A stretch of 61,310 nt of DNA, the filler included, from Sphacelaria rigidula (Eukaryota): the NCBI GenBank assembly GCA_964200075.2. It is 5 parts of 5 records of this genome, joined end to end, with 100 filler letters (N's around TTAATTAATTAA, not from the genome) between each part and the next. Parts side by side here need not be neighbours in the genome. Positions count along the whole stretch, not along the records: positions 1 to 12,184 come from CAXNAA020004030.1; positions 12,285 to 24,467 come from CAXNAA020004031.1; 3 more parts are not named here. The stretch is one strand, 5' to 3'. A program made the translations under genes and the position numbers. Below the pieces are notes generated by a model, which was not told the DNA's origin, did no database searches, and was given only the letters and a program-made list of their open reading frames with translations. Every line of letters begins with the position of its first letter. The first letter of the stretch is position 1. Below, in pieces: positions 1-13,880 of this stretch.

Positions 1-117
1 CTGCGTGTACCTGGGTTGAAACGCTGAAATCAAGCCTAGGGATTGATTCGTCACGAGTTGACTCATAATACTAACATCAAGTAATTTGCAGACGAATCAT
101 CATCTGTCCGACCCTTG
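1..117 (+). mobile_element. hAT-type MITE family A, partial copy at contig start
   Basis: Matches the family A body and ends in the terminus GTCCGACCCTTG, as in complete copies at 16961 and 47257. Confidence 0.75.
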
Positions 118-840
118 GAATGTTTCCACATGCGGACCAGTGTCAACACTTGCTCGACGTAGACCACAGTCCTTCGTCACACGGAATCGCTTTTTCAAAC
201 GATTTTATTCGTTAAGAGTCCACAACGTGAGTGCGCAGACAAGACGCGGAGCCCAGAAGGACGTTCTCACCCAACAGTCATTCATTTCGAGGACGAATCA
301 AAGTACGATCCATCGTGACAGCGGAACTCCTCGCGAGACTTTCAGTCCCGTCTACCCTTTAACGCAAGATGACATAGATCGACTTTAGAGTTACCGCCGG
401 AGGTGAATGAACAAAAACGATCCTTGCGCCACATGTCACAACGCAATGGAACATCAGTTCCGGTTTGGACACGCCGGATTACAAGGTACAATGGAACGCC
501 TTGCCCTGTGGATGGCGCTAGCAAACCGAGGAGAGCTGCTCAGCTATACTTTCAGGATCAGGATTTCCGGCTTTCACGGGCAGCACGCAATGTTGTTCCG
601 AAAGCCCGCCTCGTGTTCGAAGAGGTAAAATCTAGAGGGCGGAAACCGTAGGTGGACGAAATACCTCTCAGAAACAACGGCTCGCGAAAATTGGGGGAAC
701 ATCGCACAGTGCACACTAGCGTAGCGAGTGTGTTCAGAGGTCCGCATGGCAAGAGTTTTTTCTTCGTCAACCTACTGTAACAGCGCATTGAAATCACCGG
801 CAAAGCAAAACGTGCTCAGCTCAGTTCGCCTTCATGTCAC

Positions 841-1074
841 CTGAGCAGCTTGCGTGTCCACATCGGGCGACCTAATTTCGAGCCGGTCCATGCGCCGCGC
901 AACAGAGCTCAGGTTGTTCGACCGTTGCCTGGCCGCTGTGTTCGACTGCGACGGTGAAGTCTGCGGCGTTTGGTTGGTGCCCATAGCCTTCTCCGCGTGT
1001 TCAGGTGGCGTCGGTTCGTGCTTGCCCATCACCGACGAAGTCTCGTTTGTGTCTCCCAAGGCCCGGCGCTCTGA

Positions 1075-1111
<37 letters not shown>

Positions 1112-4100
1112 CGCATTACGGACGAGTCCTCACCTGTCAAACCACTCACGGATGCCGAGCGCAAATGCCGCGCTTGCAAAAACCCCTTTCGTCCACTCGC
1201 GAAGGAATTAGATCTGTGACGTCCGTGCGAGATGCCACTGGACGGCGCTCGCAGCACCCAACCCACCGTGGCGTCGCCGGCTAGAGACTCCGCCGCGGCA
1301 CCCACCAGCCCTCCTAAACCCACTCCCTTCGGGAGCGACATGGGACGTTTATCATGCACTCCGTCCATCGCCGATAGCCCGTCAACCTGGTCGTTAGAAA
1401 CGCTGCTGCGTCGACCAACCGCCTCGTTGCACATCCCTCCGCCGAAGGCCGCGGCGGCCAACCGGCTCGACAAATTTGACATGCTTCGTCGCCTGCGGTT
1501 CATGTGATGCACTCCTCCACCACCCGCGCCCCCACCCCCGAGGCCAACATCCCCGGACTCCAATCGAAAACCGCTGGAATGGGAAATGCTCCAGCTACTA
1601 CTGGAGAAACCCGCGGCCGCTTCTCCCTCCACTCGACTCTTGTCTAAGGACGTGGACGTTTCCAATACGGGAAGGGGAACCAATGAGTTGGCCCTCGATC
1701 GCCGCCGGAACGATGCCCCCGTGACCTTGGCGCACGCCGCGCGGCCACCCCCTGCTCCTCCACCTCCCGTACTCAGCGTCGCCGTGCCTGAGGCGTGAGA
1801 GAGCGACCGCGAGATCCGGAGCGGGGGATTGTCATCGCCCCACTCTGCCCTATGTCGTCGCGTGGCGTCTACACCGATGCTGTTTGACGCAGAACTTGTC
1901 AGCCTTGGCGAATCAGCCTCCATCGGACACATCGACGCGGCAGTGGTGGGAGCGCAGCGTCGTTTGCCGAACACGCGGGGGCTGTGCGTCCGCGAGAGCG
2001 CAGGGGCGGCGGCTGAGCTAAAGAAATCGGCCGAGGATGACAGGGATCGGCGACGCTCTCCGTTCTTCTCTGCCGGCGGGGCCAGCCTGGTCGAGTCGGA
2101 GTCATCGTCCGACAGCGACAAGATCCTTTCATCAGTGTTTCTGCTAGCATCGACAGGCGCTGCAGCATAGTCGACATCGTTCTCCGCGGCTACATCAAGG
2201 TTTGGTTGCAGGAGATCCCCGATTTCGGCGTCCGAAAGCACATCTTCTTCCTCGTCTTCAGTAAAATCTTCCGAAACTGACACCGGGGAGACGAGTGCGG
2301 GCAATGTCAGGGAATAGAACGGAGGAATGGCGGGAATATATCAAGTGCAGGCAGCGGCATGTAGCGGACGGGACGGCGGATGGGTATGGAGATAAGCTTT
2401 TCACTCTACTGCATGAACGCATCAAGAAAATGTCGCCCCATCTACTCCCCCACACCAAAACTCATTTCTTCAAATAAACGAATAAAGTCAAGGGTCACTG
2501 TTTCTTCTTGCCAAGAGTTTTGCAAGCCTGTTCTCGCGACTTGAAATTCTCCGAATAGTGTACCCCTGGACAAGTCAATGGAAAGCACAATGCACCACGT
2601 GGCAGCTGAAGACTGTTTCATGGAGAGGAAGTACGTAAGGTATGTTGCGCACAACACAGTGCGCTGAGGCATGCTGCCCGCGGACACTCTCGATCTCGGT
2701 GCAGCGTGGCCGTTCAAACAAACCCCACGAGAAGCGATGTCACTCAGCACAGCAACACGAGAGATCACGGGCGAAACACGTCCAGACGACACCATAGCTT
2801 CAACGCTTGTAATAGAACCGCTGTGCTTGCGTCAGGCAGGATATTCCATCAGTGAATGTAACAGTAGCATTGCGGGCCCGTTGTTCGGAGAATTCCTACA
2901 CCCACCAAGTATGTGTCACTGAAAATATAAAACGGGGCGACGCTCGTAGACTCCGAGAGTCATGGGACTAAAATGGATCGAGTGCCAAATTTTCGAACTG
3001 CGTTATGTCCGCTGTCGCTCACCAGGGAAGCCTGTAACGCCGCTAGACACGGGAACCAAAGGACTGAGGTGCCTGCTGCGACTGCTCCTGTGAGCATTAT
3101 CTTCTACCGCGCGAGCACCCCTCTTGCTCCGCCCGCTACCCCGACGTCGTTTGTCTCCGACCAATATGCCGTCGACGCTGCTGTCCAACGACGGCGGGGG
3201 CTCCACAGATGCTGCGCCAAAAGTCAGAGAAGATGGGCGAGACGGTGTTTCACCGGAGAGGGAGAAGGGGGGGAAAGAGACGGGAATGCAATTTCAGCAA
3301 CTTACTTAGACCGCACAAAGGTGTGGTTTCCTGTGGTTCATTGGTTTTTGCGCCTCCAGTGACAAGATTATTATCCTATTAATAAATACGAAATGGCAAA
3401 ATTGGGTCCAACTTTTCACCAAATCCACGATTTCTTCGGCCTGATCGCCCGAAAGGGAGAAAAAAGTTGACCGCTGGTCCGAGGGGTATCCACGCAGCTT
3501 TTGCGCCAAGCCACGTGTCTGGGCTTCGTGTATCTGGGTTGCAACGCTGAAAACAAAGCCTGGGGTTTGATTCGTACGAGTCGAATCATACTAAAACAAA
3601 GTGATTTCAAGACGAATCATTGTTCGTTCGACCCTCATGACTTTTCCGTAAGAAACTCACTGCCGTACTCGGGAGGAGTGACTGCAAGTGTTTCCTCTCG
3701 TGGGGAGGCTTGCAACGCCATACTTTCAACGTCTCCCCGTGTCATCCACCCTGCACAAGAGTCGGCAACACTTGTCTCAAAACCGCGGTGCTGCACCGCG
3801 GGTAACACGAGCCTGGAAACGTTCCGACTCCCAAACTGCTGGAATACGGCGACGCTACACATTGATGCCGCTTCATTTACTTCGGGGCGACATCTACCTC
3901 GAAAACACACCAGGAGTATCGTGGCAAAAAAAACAGGCCATGCGCGATTATCAACCCAACCGTCCATACATCATCCACACCCGAGTACGTACAAGAGGGC
4001 CGTTTCATCACCTTGAGGAGTACAGGCGGAGGGCGTTAATGCTTGCCCAGGACTCATCACTAGCGACTCCACAGCGTCGCATGGATCAACCACGTCTCTC

Positions 4101-7100
4101 CCCCCCATGGCGGTCGTGCTCGACTCCTCCTTCGCTGCGTTCCGACGTTGGTCGTGCTGACGCTGCTTGGTCTCGCTCAGCACACCGGATCTGCCACCGC
4201 CACCACCACCACCTGCCCCTCGCTTCGGTCGACTCACATGCTTCCTCTCGATCGGTCGTTTGGACACATCAAAGTCATCCTTCCACTCTTCCTCCGAGCT
4301 ACTGCTTATGCTGCTGCTGCCGCTCACGCTGCTGTCCACCTCGCAGGTGTCCTCGACCTCCCTGTCCGCGGGCCTGGGAAGCGCCGGCTATGACGAACAT
4401 ACGACGAGGGAAGCACGTACAGAGGCAGACATCGTCTACAACGTTAGGCTGAGTTCGTTCCTCAAACACATGAAAACAAAATAAGGATAGACATACAAAT
4501 ACTCTGCAAAAATGGACAGCCTTACGACCTCAGGGTGGGCCTGACACGAATCAAAAACGAAATGTGTTACTCCCCGCCTTCGGCATGACTGCCGTAGCGG
4601 CCGATGCCGGCGCACACATCTGCAAGCACTTCCGTCTCCGTAGCAGCGACACACGTCGAAGGATCCGACCAAAACAGACATCACGACAGAAACGGACACT
4701 GATAAGATGAAGCATTCGGTTCCTTGCAATCACACAACGAAACGACACGGGCAATGAGGGTACCAGAGTACACCCGTCTCTTTTCCCCGCACTCATGCCG
4801 TCTTCGCTTCAAAAGAATCCCCCTCTCCTTCCACCCATCTTTTCTCCCTCCCACGCACATCATTCGTTTTGCCGCGCCGCCGCCTACCACCTCGCCCTCC
4901 CTCATCCGAAGTGTTGGTGATAGGTCGAAGGGGGCTTGGGGACGCCCGCGCCGACGCCTCCGCCACAGCCGGGTGCTGCTTTCTTCCACCGGGCGCTGAC
5001 GCCGAAGCCGACACCACCGCCCCAGCGGCCGCGGGCGCCCTGCCACCGCCGCGATCGGGTCTGCCTCTGGCGCGCATGCCCGGAGACCTCTCCCGTCTCT
5101 GTTTCGGCGAATGTTGTGACGCTGCAGCACCTGTGGCAGTGACCGAGGTGGGCACGGGAGACTCCGGCGATGACCCGGCGGTCGCGACATCCTCGTGTTC
5201 GGGAATGGAAAGATCGATGACCGGTGCTGGTGTTGTGGTGGAGGACTTCACGGTCCGGGATGTCCTTGGTTTGCGGGTCGAGGCAGTTGTCGCGTTCTTG
5301 CGCTTCGGAGCCTGGCGCGATAGGGCAGGTGGGCGGGATTAAACCATGTCTGAGATGAAAGTTGCGGGGGACGATGGAGCTGTCACGTATGGGACGGACA
5401 GGAGCCCTTCTGTTTCATCTCCTCCGTGGAGGTGTTCAGTATCAGATGCGTGCGGTCGGTTCTCGGAGACCACGATAGAATGATCTTCAGGGCGAGTTAC
5501 TCAGGTATACAGTCGATAGCGGGCCTGCTTTAGTGCGGTGGAACGCTGTTGATGACAGTACTAGTGTAACTACTCAGAATTGTGACAAAACGATTCTGAT
5601 TGCACTGTGTGGTGAACTTCACCCTGTACCTTAATGGATCCAGCCGTGAAACGGACTTCCCAACACAACTGGTTCGACAAAATCAACCAAAGGTAACCCT
5701 CTACAAGTGATTCCAACCGAGCACCGTCCCTCCGTATATGCACATGGGTAAGTTGTGGAAAGCAACACAACAAGCGCTCTCCGCGACAACACGAGAAATG
5801 GTATCAGTGCTATTTTACCGCCTGCATTTCCGCCTCGATGAGTTACCGTTGGTCGTACGTTTTTTGCGTGTACGGCATGTTCGGGGCTGTGGCATGCCAT
5901 GACTCTTCCTTCCTGTTCAACATTGCATCCAATCCGGTTTGTCCGTGCGTGGGTTGCCTGCCGCGGATAACTTCCGTAGCCGGACGTATGCACGAAATTT
6001 TCTTCCGTGAATTTACCGTAACACATGTGGGACTTTTATGTTTGAACGACAGTACCGTCTTGGGGAACAGCTCTGAAGTGTACAACCATCGTTATTTTGC
6101 TGCTATACGAGGAGCGTAAACACGACATTCCACTTCCTCGCAATCCCATTCCGAAATAAAATATTCCCGCCATCTTCAGGAATACTAGGAACGTCCAGGA
6201 TGATGCTTCGGAAGAGAAGACGACAAATCGGATATCCCCGTGGAATTTCTGACCACGGCCAAGAACGCGGCGGTTTCGGCTCATCATTCATCATATCGCC
6301 TACTTTCGGTCGTTTGTATTACCAGTATACACATTACGATACACCCTGCACCTCTCCGTGACAAGAAAGCCCTGGAGGTTTATACTGCCGAGGCCAGAAA
6401 AAACGAACGTCGTCCGTCTGACAAACTCACCACACTAGTAGTTGCAGGATCATCGACGGACACTTCCCTGGAGCCCGTAAGCACGGATTTCTCCCTCCCT
6501 GCCGCCCCGGTAGCGGATGGTTTTCGTGCCCGGCCGGCGGCCCGACCGGCCCGACCGTTGGTGGAGGAATCGCCTTTGGCAACCGTAGCTTTGGGTTTTG
6601 TCGCCTTGCTGGTTGCTTTGCTGGCCGCCTTCTTCTTGGGCACGTGCGGAAAAATGGGGCTGTCGTCCAGGTCCAGGTCAAGTCCACGGCTAGCTCCTCT
6701 GATCGAGGGGGGAGGACGGGGTGGGAGGTGAAGCTGAGCGAAAAACACGCCGAAGACATCCATCGAGCGACGAGCGTATTTTTTTAGTAATAACACGGAG
6801 ATACGATGTGTGATATTCCCGTGATTGATTTATTTTTTATAGATGCTAACAGTGGATCATCACTGATACGGATTCCACTGTTGTACGCATCGTTCTCCAC
6901 AACCAGGATCAGCCAGCAAAATGTTGTCGGGGGTTGTTCGTGAGTCCCGGACTCCGAAGGTTCACGTGGACAAAAAAAAATGTAGATACACGACCACAAT
7001 ACATTGATTTTACTGCTCATCTCGCCTTTTTGAGTGCGGTCTTACTGCGAGGCACTAATTTGCCGGTCACTTGAATATGATACATGATACACAACAGTGG

Positions 7101-7376
7101 ACAAAGACATTACGGTACAGCGAGTGTACAAAATTCTCACGCGAAAGTTAACTCCGTGGGGGATGACTCCAATGAAGCAGTCATAAGTCGACCACCAGTA
7201 GACCCCAACGTCGCCTTGGGTGTTCCCGGTTCCTCTTCGTAGGTGGACGCCAACTGCAACCCAATTCGCGATCCGGTGCCAAGGAAGGACCTGCCCCCAC
7301 CAAAATCTGCCCGGGCGGCAGAGCCACTGTGCTTCGAGGCGGACGGTCTTCGTTTGCCATAAGTCCTGTGTTTCAT
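841..7376 (-). CDS. Partial multi-exon gene; long Ser/Gly/Arg-rich disordered N-terminal region with RTYGKRR motif (WAPL- or haspin-like); 3' exons not identified in this contig
   Basis: Exons 7376-7141, 6698-6431, 5311-4859, 4387-4012, 3211-3023, 2276-841. All introns are GT..AG, phases are mutually compatible (2,0,0,1,1,0), and the joined frame is open for 986 codons. ATG at 7376 gives MKHRTYGKRR. The exon structure is well supported; the family call is tentative. Confidence 0.75.
3415..3636 (+). mobile_element. hAT-type MITE family A, intronic copy
   Basis: Colinear similarity to the reverse complement of 47257-47517. Confidence 0.75.
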
Positions 7377-10300
7377 TTTGAGTGAAAGGTGACAACATGA
7401 AACCGTACAGCAGCCAGTCATCAACTGTCTGAGGCTTTTTCGTACATCAGCCTTTCTGCCTCCAGGGTGGGTCGAATCGGCGTAAGTATTTCATAAAAAT
7501 TGAGTGTGATACAGTACAGTACGAGAGGTATCTTTCACTCCAAGTCCAGTGTATCTTCAACAGTCTTTTGAATATACCGGGAACCTCGGGCTCGAGGTAG
7601 GGTACTCAGATTGCCCATCCTTCGCTCAAAGCGTGGACAGATTTGCCAACTATCATGGTACATTGATGATTATTTATACATTTGATGTTATACCAGAAAT
7701 CCCGGGTCACGTACGAGGAGCTACGAGGAAGGACTGTACAAAATGAAAACGGTGTCGCTGCTGCTCTTGTACCTCGTCTGCATGATGATCAATTGATCGC
7801 GCAGCTGTCCAACTGGAACACGTAAATGTTCACAAAGTACTCCATGCACAGATTTTGTGACGTGGACTGTTACCATGATATGGTTGTAAAGGTACTAGTT
7901 CGTTCGGGGGCACAGGGCTCAGCCCATGACCTCTTGGCCACCAGGGTAGCAGTTTTCGGGTCTTGATGTGATACATCAAATGAAAAATGATGCCGATTCC
8001 ACGGATGACGCACCCTCGCGGTCAAAAGACTAACCCTTTGCACGCCCCTCAGATCAACATCTGATCACTGCGGTCATTCTTCGAGTGTAAACAAAGACGA
8101 TTGAACATATGAACATGTGGGCACCCTTGACGGTCGAAGGGTTAACCTCTTCACCCACTAAGAATTTAGGCTCTTCAACGCAAGAGTAGCAGCACACATA
8201 AAACATGATGCCATGCATTGATGGATTAATTCGACCGGATGAATTCGAACCACCTTTGCGGTCAAGTAGTTTTTACCTGTCGTATGAAGTCGTCCGATAA
8301 GGGACTGGAATGAATGGTCTCGAGATATTGGTTGATATCAGACACAGGTGATCGTGGTGGCCGCTATCCACGAGCAGTGGGGTTTATATGAGGTTCACCC
8401 ATTTCGAGGCAGAAGGATACACTTGTTCAGCTCGGTCGATCGGACAATAATGGAAAGTTTGAAATCGTTCTTCTCTCCATTCTCCATGTACTCCGTAGTT
8501 TGAAAACTCTTTCCTGTATCGCACACGAGATGGTTTGCAAGTCCTCTGTTCCATAAGCTTGGTTTGAATAACTGTCAAGGGCTGATTGACACTACGGTAG
8601 CTCGGAGTTGTTGGAATAAGGAACGACGGCGGGTATCCAGGCAACCTGCGGAATGGATTTCACATGGCATGCAGGAAGGACGCTGTCGTCATCGGTGGAA
8701 CTTCGAATGGTACCCAACATGATATTTTCAAAAATAGCACCGTTCTACTTTGTAATAATACTGAGTTCTGTGCCGTACTGTGTTCTCATTCATGAACGCC
8801 TGTAGAGGCAGATTGGAAATGTTGGATTTAGAGCGTGGATAGCCAAAGGCAGTAAGTGACAGCGAGAGCATAAACGTTCACTATTATATCAGCAGGCCTC
8901 TCGATCTCGAGCCATCGCCCACCAAAGACGCGTATGTTCATGATTGAGCCAAAGCCACATCGGGCGAATTTGTGTGGAGTAGACGGAGCATCACATCCGT
9001 GGATTCGCCTAACGTGTTTCCGTATGCCGAACGCGATGGGTGCCTACGATACAGGGCAGTGCGGTCGGTCTATACGGTGTAGACTTGATCACACCTGGTG
9101 ACACCGTGCGTCACTACGGTCGAGTAAAGGGCAGTTTCCTTGGTCGGAAACGTCGCCCACTTCATTTCATCTTCGCGCGATAATTGAACGGCCGCACGTA
9201 GTGTGTTGAGTAGTTAGCCCGTAACCACGAAAGGCGTCTGGGTGAGATGCCTAGTGGGCAAATAGGAGCGCCGCGCAGATATCAAGAGGAAAGAGCGAAG
9301 TATGGGGCATTCCAAGTCATCTGGATCCCTTCCCCACTGGTCGTTGGGAAATGCCATGCTGCAGCCTCTTACCGCGCCAAGGTGGGTGCTTTCATGCTGC
9401 TTTTTGGAGCAACACCAGCCTCAACGAACACCTTTTTCGGGTACACGACACAACGTATCCATTAAAATCATTTTTAAATAATCCGCCCACCCCAACACTG
9501 GAACAATGAACAAATGTTCAATTTGCAATTTGCTCCCGGGCACAGGTGCAACGAAACGATCAGATCGTACGAAATTTTCAAACATTACCGAGGGGTTCCC
9601 AAAATTTGACTCGGATCTGTACAGTCGCAAGTGCAGTACAACCACACCACTATACAGTACAGTCAGTGCGGTGTACCGACAGCAGTCAAGTGCTGTACTC
9701 GGATCGAGGCGCATTCTATCATACTGTCTGCAAGGATCGCATCGACCAACCTCCGGCAGTTTGGTATCGACTTCGAGTCTTACGGCTGGGGTGAGCCATC
9801 CCTGAATGAGGAGGCGGGATGATTCGTGTGATCTAGAAGCACGGTAGAGGGGGAATGAAACATTGGGTGGGCAGTGGGGTACGCAGACTCGAGAAAACAA
9901 AGTAAGTGTCCTGGAAAATTTCGCCGAAGACATCGTACAGTACAATGGTCCACAGAAGCAAAGACATGCTGAGGTTTAATTTGCAAAGCTAAGCATTTCG
10001 GGGAAAACTAGAGGCTGCAGCATATGACATAGACAGTGCATCCCAGAGAATGGGACCTACAATGCGAGAACCAAACACCAGGCAAAATGACCAGGCACAA
10101 TGATAGACTTGGCACAGAAGGGATACAATCGTGCCGGTGAGGTCGAATACGACATGACCTCTGTTGTGGTAATGCTCCTAGCAATGACCTATGCCCGTCC
10201 CGAAATGCGCGCGTACACCACGATTAGTAATACTGTGGAGCAGAGAGGATCAAAGTGCACAAACATCAAACATTACTACAGCCCGTGCTATAGCTTACAA

Positions 10301-12184
10301 GTGCATGTTTTCAGGAATACGGGAGGACGGGTGCCATTTTTTCCGTGCCACTGCTGTTTGATACGGAAACGCGGGCGCCCTTCCATAAGACCAGTGTAAA
10401 ATGCTCTGTCGAGGTAAAGCACCTGTTTTTAGTGCACGGAAGTTCTCTTGTGAAGTGAAATCAAATCTCGCATGTGTGCTTTCTGGCGCGAACAGACCGC
10501 ACACAGAGTGCAGTACGGTTGACTCTCTCTCAAAGGTCTATGTCGGAAATTATAGGGTGGAGATAGGTAGTCGGGTTCGAGTGGGAATTGCAAACCTTCG
10601 AACCTGCATGGCTTGCTTTGTAGCCCGTCGTATTTATTCAAACCAATAAAACTTATTTATCTCATGTGTGCGGGTCCACGGACAGGAAACGCAAACGGCT
10701 TCGACGGCTTTTCTTGCTCCTTTGAACGCAAGAACATCACAACAGCTGTTCCTCACTGTGTGTACTACTATTGCCTGTGTTCAGAGGGCACATACAGGAT
10801 ACAATGAGGTACAGTAGGGGGCACCACGCTCAGTTTGAAAATGTAAATGCATGTCAAACCTGGTGCCCGATGAGAGCTTTGCCCCGAAGCCTCTGGAACC
10901 GGGTGCCTCCTTAGGCTTGGATAACCCCAAAGGGCGCGTTGGAGAAGTGTCAAGCCAAGACATTGCCCGAAATTGCCAGTGCGTCTTGTCCGTCAAGCCG
11001 TTGGCGCGAGTGCAGATAGCTGAGTGTGCAGGGCGCCACTGTATGCTCCGTTTTTCCCGCGCACAACACACACGAGACCGTCTCGAGGTTGCAATGAAAC
11101 AAAAAGGGCAGGCCTACAGCACGCCGGCTGACCACCTGCCAGGCGGTGTTGTGGGGCCTCACTGTGCTTTGCTACACCGTAAGCTGTTGGTTCGAGTAGT
11201 CAGTCCAGTACAGTGCCAGCACAACGTCGTACCCTACAGGACGGTTGTGGAGTAGACAAAGAACAGTAAACAGAGGTCAACAAACCGGGCCGAGACGTGC
11301 GTAATCTTTGGAGGCGTTTTCAGGAAGGCCTCACGGGCCACGTGGGATGTATCCCATCACATCCCTTGTGCTTCCCTCTCATACTTACTCAGCGATCACT
11401 GGTGCTGTTATACCCTGATCTTCGCGTCTTTCGAAAGAGCGTCGCCACCCGCAGGTGCAAGTGGTCACTCATGGTCGTTGCGGATTCCAATGCCGGATTC
11501 GAATCCCGACAAAGCCGAGATCATTATTCTGCTGCTCGTTTATACGTTTTCTAACAAGCTGGGTTCATTTCAGGGCGTAATGATAGTAGCGAAGGAAATT
11601 CGATGAGGGTCGATCCGGTGTGAGAGTGCTGATCCCATCCATCCACAAAATCAAATAAAGGCATGTGTGAGAGGGAGTGTGGGAAGTATGGAGAAGACAA
11701 AAACATGGCTCCTGAAACTGAAACATCCCATAAAGTATCTTCGCCGGCCGGATACAGACGAGACAGTCAGCGAAGTCGGTACAATAGGGCGATAAATGTA
11801 TTGTTGTACTATGCAACATGGACAGCGCAGCGCAGCCTGTGCGGCAAATCCAGCACAGCACAGCAACCTATTAAGTAGTACAACAGTAGCACCCTCAGCC
11901 GTGAGATAGTACATTATGTATTTGGACAAGTTTTACCCCATGTAGAGAAAGCACTGAGTGCTGGGTGACACTACGCCGAATCAACCTGACAAAGAGACGA
12001 AGGGAGGCATTCTCATATACACTACCATAATGTCGCCGCTGCACGTTTTGGGTTTATGTATTATACGAGCTGGGCCGCCCTAGAGGCTGCATGATCGTTT
12101 GCAGGCGGATGCGCCGGCCAATATTTGGAGTTACCCTGAAATTTGGTATGGATAATGCATAGGGCATAATAAAAAATCGTGAAG

Positions 12185-12284
12185 NNNNNNNNNNNNNNNN
12201 NNNNNNNNNNNNNNNNNNNNNNNNNNNNTTAATTAATTAANNNNNNNNNNNNNNNNNNNNNNNNNNNNNNNNNNNNNNNNNNNN
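12185..12284. other. Artificial contig linker
   Basis: N44-TTAATTAATTAA-N44 (stop codons in all six frames). Confidence 0.99.
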
Positions 12285-12427
12285 GAGACGCGCTCGTGTG
12301 GGGGGGGGATGGGGGGATGGGGGGATGAGGTGGGGGGGGGGGGGGGAATTGTTGAGCAACGGACGGAGTACTGAACATGAACATGATAGATGAGTAAGGA
12401 GCAAACATATGCGGCTCTCAACAAAAT

Positions 12428-13880
12428 CAGGGGTCTACACGTTACACGTTACACGTTACACGTTACGTTCATCACGTAATTTTTCTTACGTTCACGTTAC
12501 GTTACGTATGTCACGTTACGTAACTTGCAACATAGACAGTATTGTAGCTCGCATTTCAGGTCTGTGCATGCAGCGTGTTGCCAACAGCATTCGCAATGCA
12601 GTACAGACTGCCCACGCACTGACTGAACACACGAGACCACAGTATAAGCAGTGCTACTGCTGTAGTGTCTACAGGGCTTGGGTGCTTGGGTAGTCTGTAC
12701 TGTATTCGAGTGCTGGCTGCAACACGCTACATGCACAGACCTGAACTGAGCTATATTGCTGTGCAAACTACATACAGAGTTTGTTCAGCACTCGTCATCG
12801 CCCCTGCCCTGTTCTGTTCTCATGGGGGTTAGGGCTATCACGCTACTGGCGAGCGAAGGACAATAAACAAACACGCTGACTGCCCGCGAGCACCAGCGAC
12901 AGCAGTGGTGATGGCAGCCAAGCCATCACTACAGCCAATGCATACAATACAGTGCTGTTGTGTGTACTGTTGTCCGTGCTGTCCTTTCAGTCAAGTACTA
13001 CTTGTACCGTGCAGTGAAAAGCATAACCGTCACTTCTACAGTCAGTTAGTACAGCAAGGCGGTGTTCGTAGTGATCGTCTTGCGTCACGCAGCCCACCAT
13101 GTATTGCTCAGGCAATGTATCACAGTACAGACAGTCAGTACGGACCGTACACCACGACACGACAGCACAGTGCTGCGTCTCTCTCGCGCGCCCCAGAACT
13201 TGAAATTATGCCTGCACACCTCATAGAAAACGATGGAACACTGCGTTTTCAATTTTGACAGTGCGTCGATCACGTAAGAAGGGCTAATCGGAAAAATGAT
13301 ATGGAAAATCGTGCTGTTTAAAAACGGCTTTTCTGACAACGTGTTTTTAATACATAAGTAGCCTTGAATGTGGTCGAGATGATTATGATGTTATACATGC
13401 AGTGCTGCAACGATAACTTGGAATGTGACGTGTGGTGGGGAGAGCGCGAAATTTCTGCAATATTACCATACCTTCACCATGGTCATTCAAACTCACTCGT
13501 GTTTATTGAAGCACAATCTTCTACGATTCAAAAATGCATTGCAAACTTGAGGTTTCACCACTTGATGTGACGTGTTCGTGACGTTTCATGTAACATGTAA
13601 CGTGACATATAACGTTACGTGTAACGTGTAACGTGTAGTAGACGGTACACGTTAAATGAAACGTTTCATATTAGGTGATTTCAACGTTTGGGCAATTTGA
13701 TGTTCACGTTACGTCACGTATGTCACGCGAAAAAAATTAACGTTACGTTGACGTTTCATTTGAAATTTTAACGTTACGCTCATCACTTGAAAAAAAATTA
13801 AGGTGCACGTTACGTTTCGGCCAAAATGTAACGTGAACGTAACGTTTGACACTGTGGCACGTGTAACGTGTAGACCCCTG
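12428..13880. mobile_element. Non-autonomous DNA transposon (hAT-like), ~1.45 kb
   Basis: Perfect 21-bp TIR CAGGGGTCTACACGTTACACG and dense subterminal ACGTT(AC) motifs at both ends. The 8-bp flanks AACAAAAT/AAAAACAT match at 6/8. Confidence 0.75.

Noticed and set aside
832..2304. 490-aa ORF as a stand-alone gene
   Set aside because: TTG start; splice signals define an internal exon at 2276-841.
8380..11900. Additional gene upstream of the RTYGKRR gene
   Set aside because: Isolated splice-like signals occur on both strands (e.g. donor near 11179 on +, near 10859 on -), but no phase-consistent chain or recognisable product.
12229..12240. TTAATTAATTAA palindrome (also in the other three gaps) as a biological motif
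   Set aside because: Identical synthetic six-frame stop linker centred in N runs.
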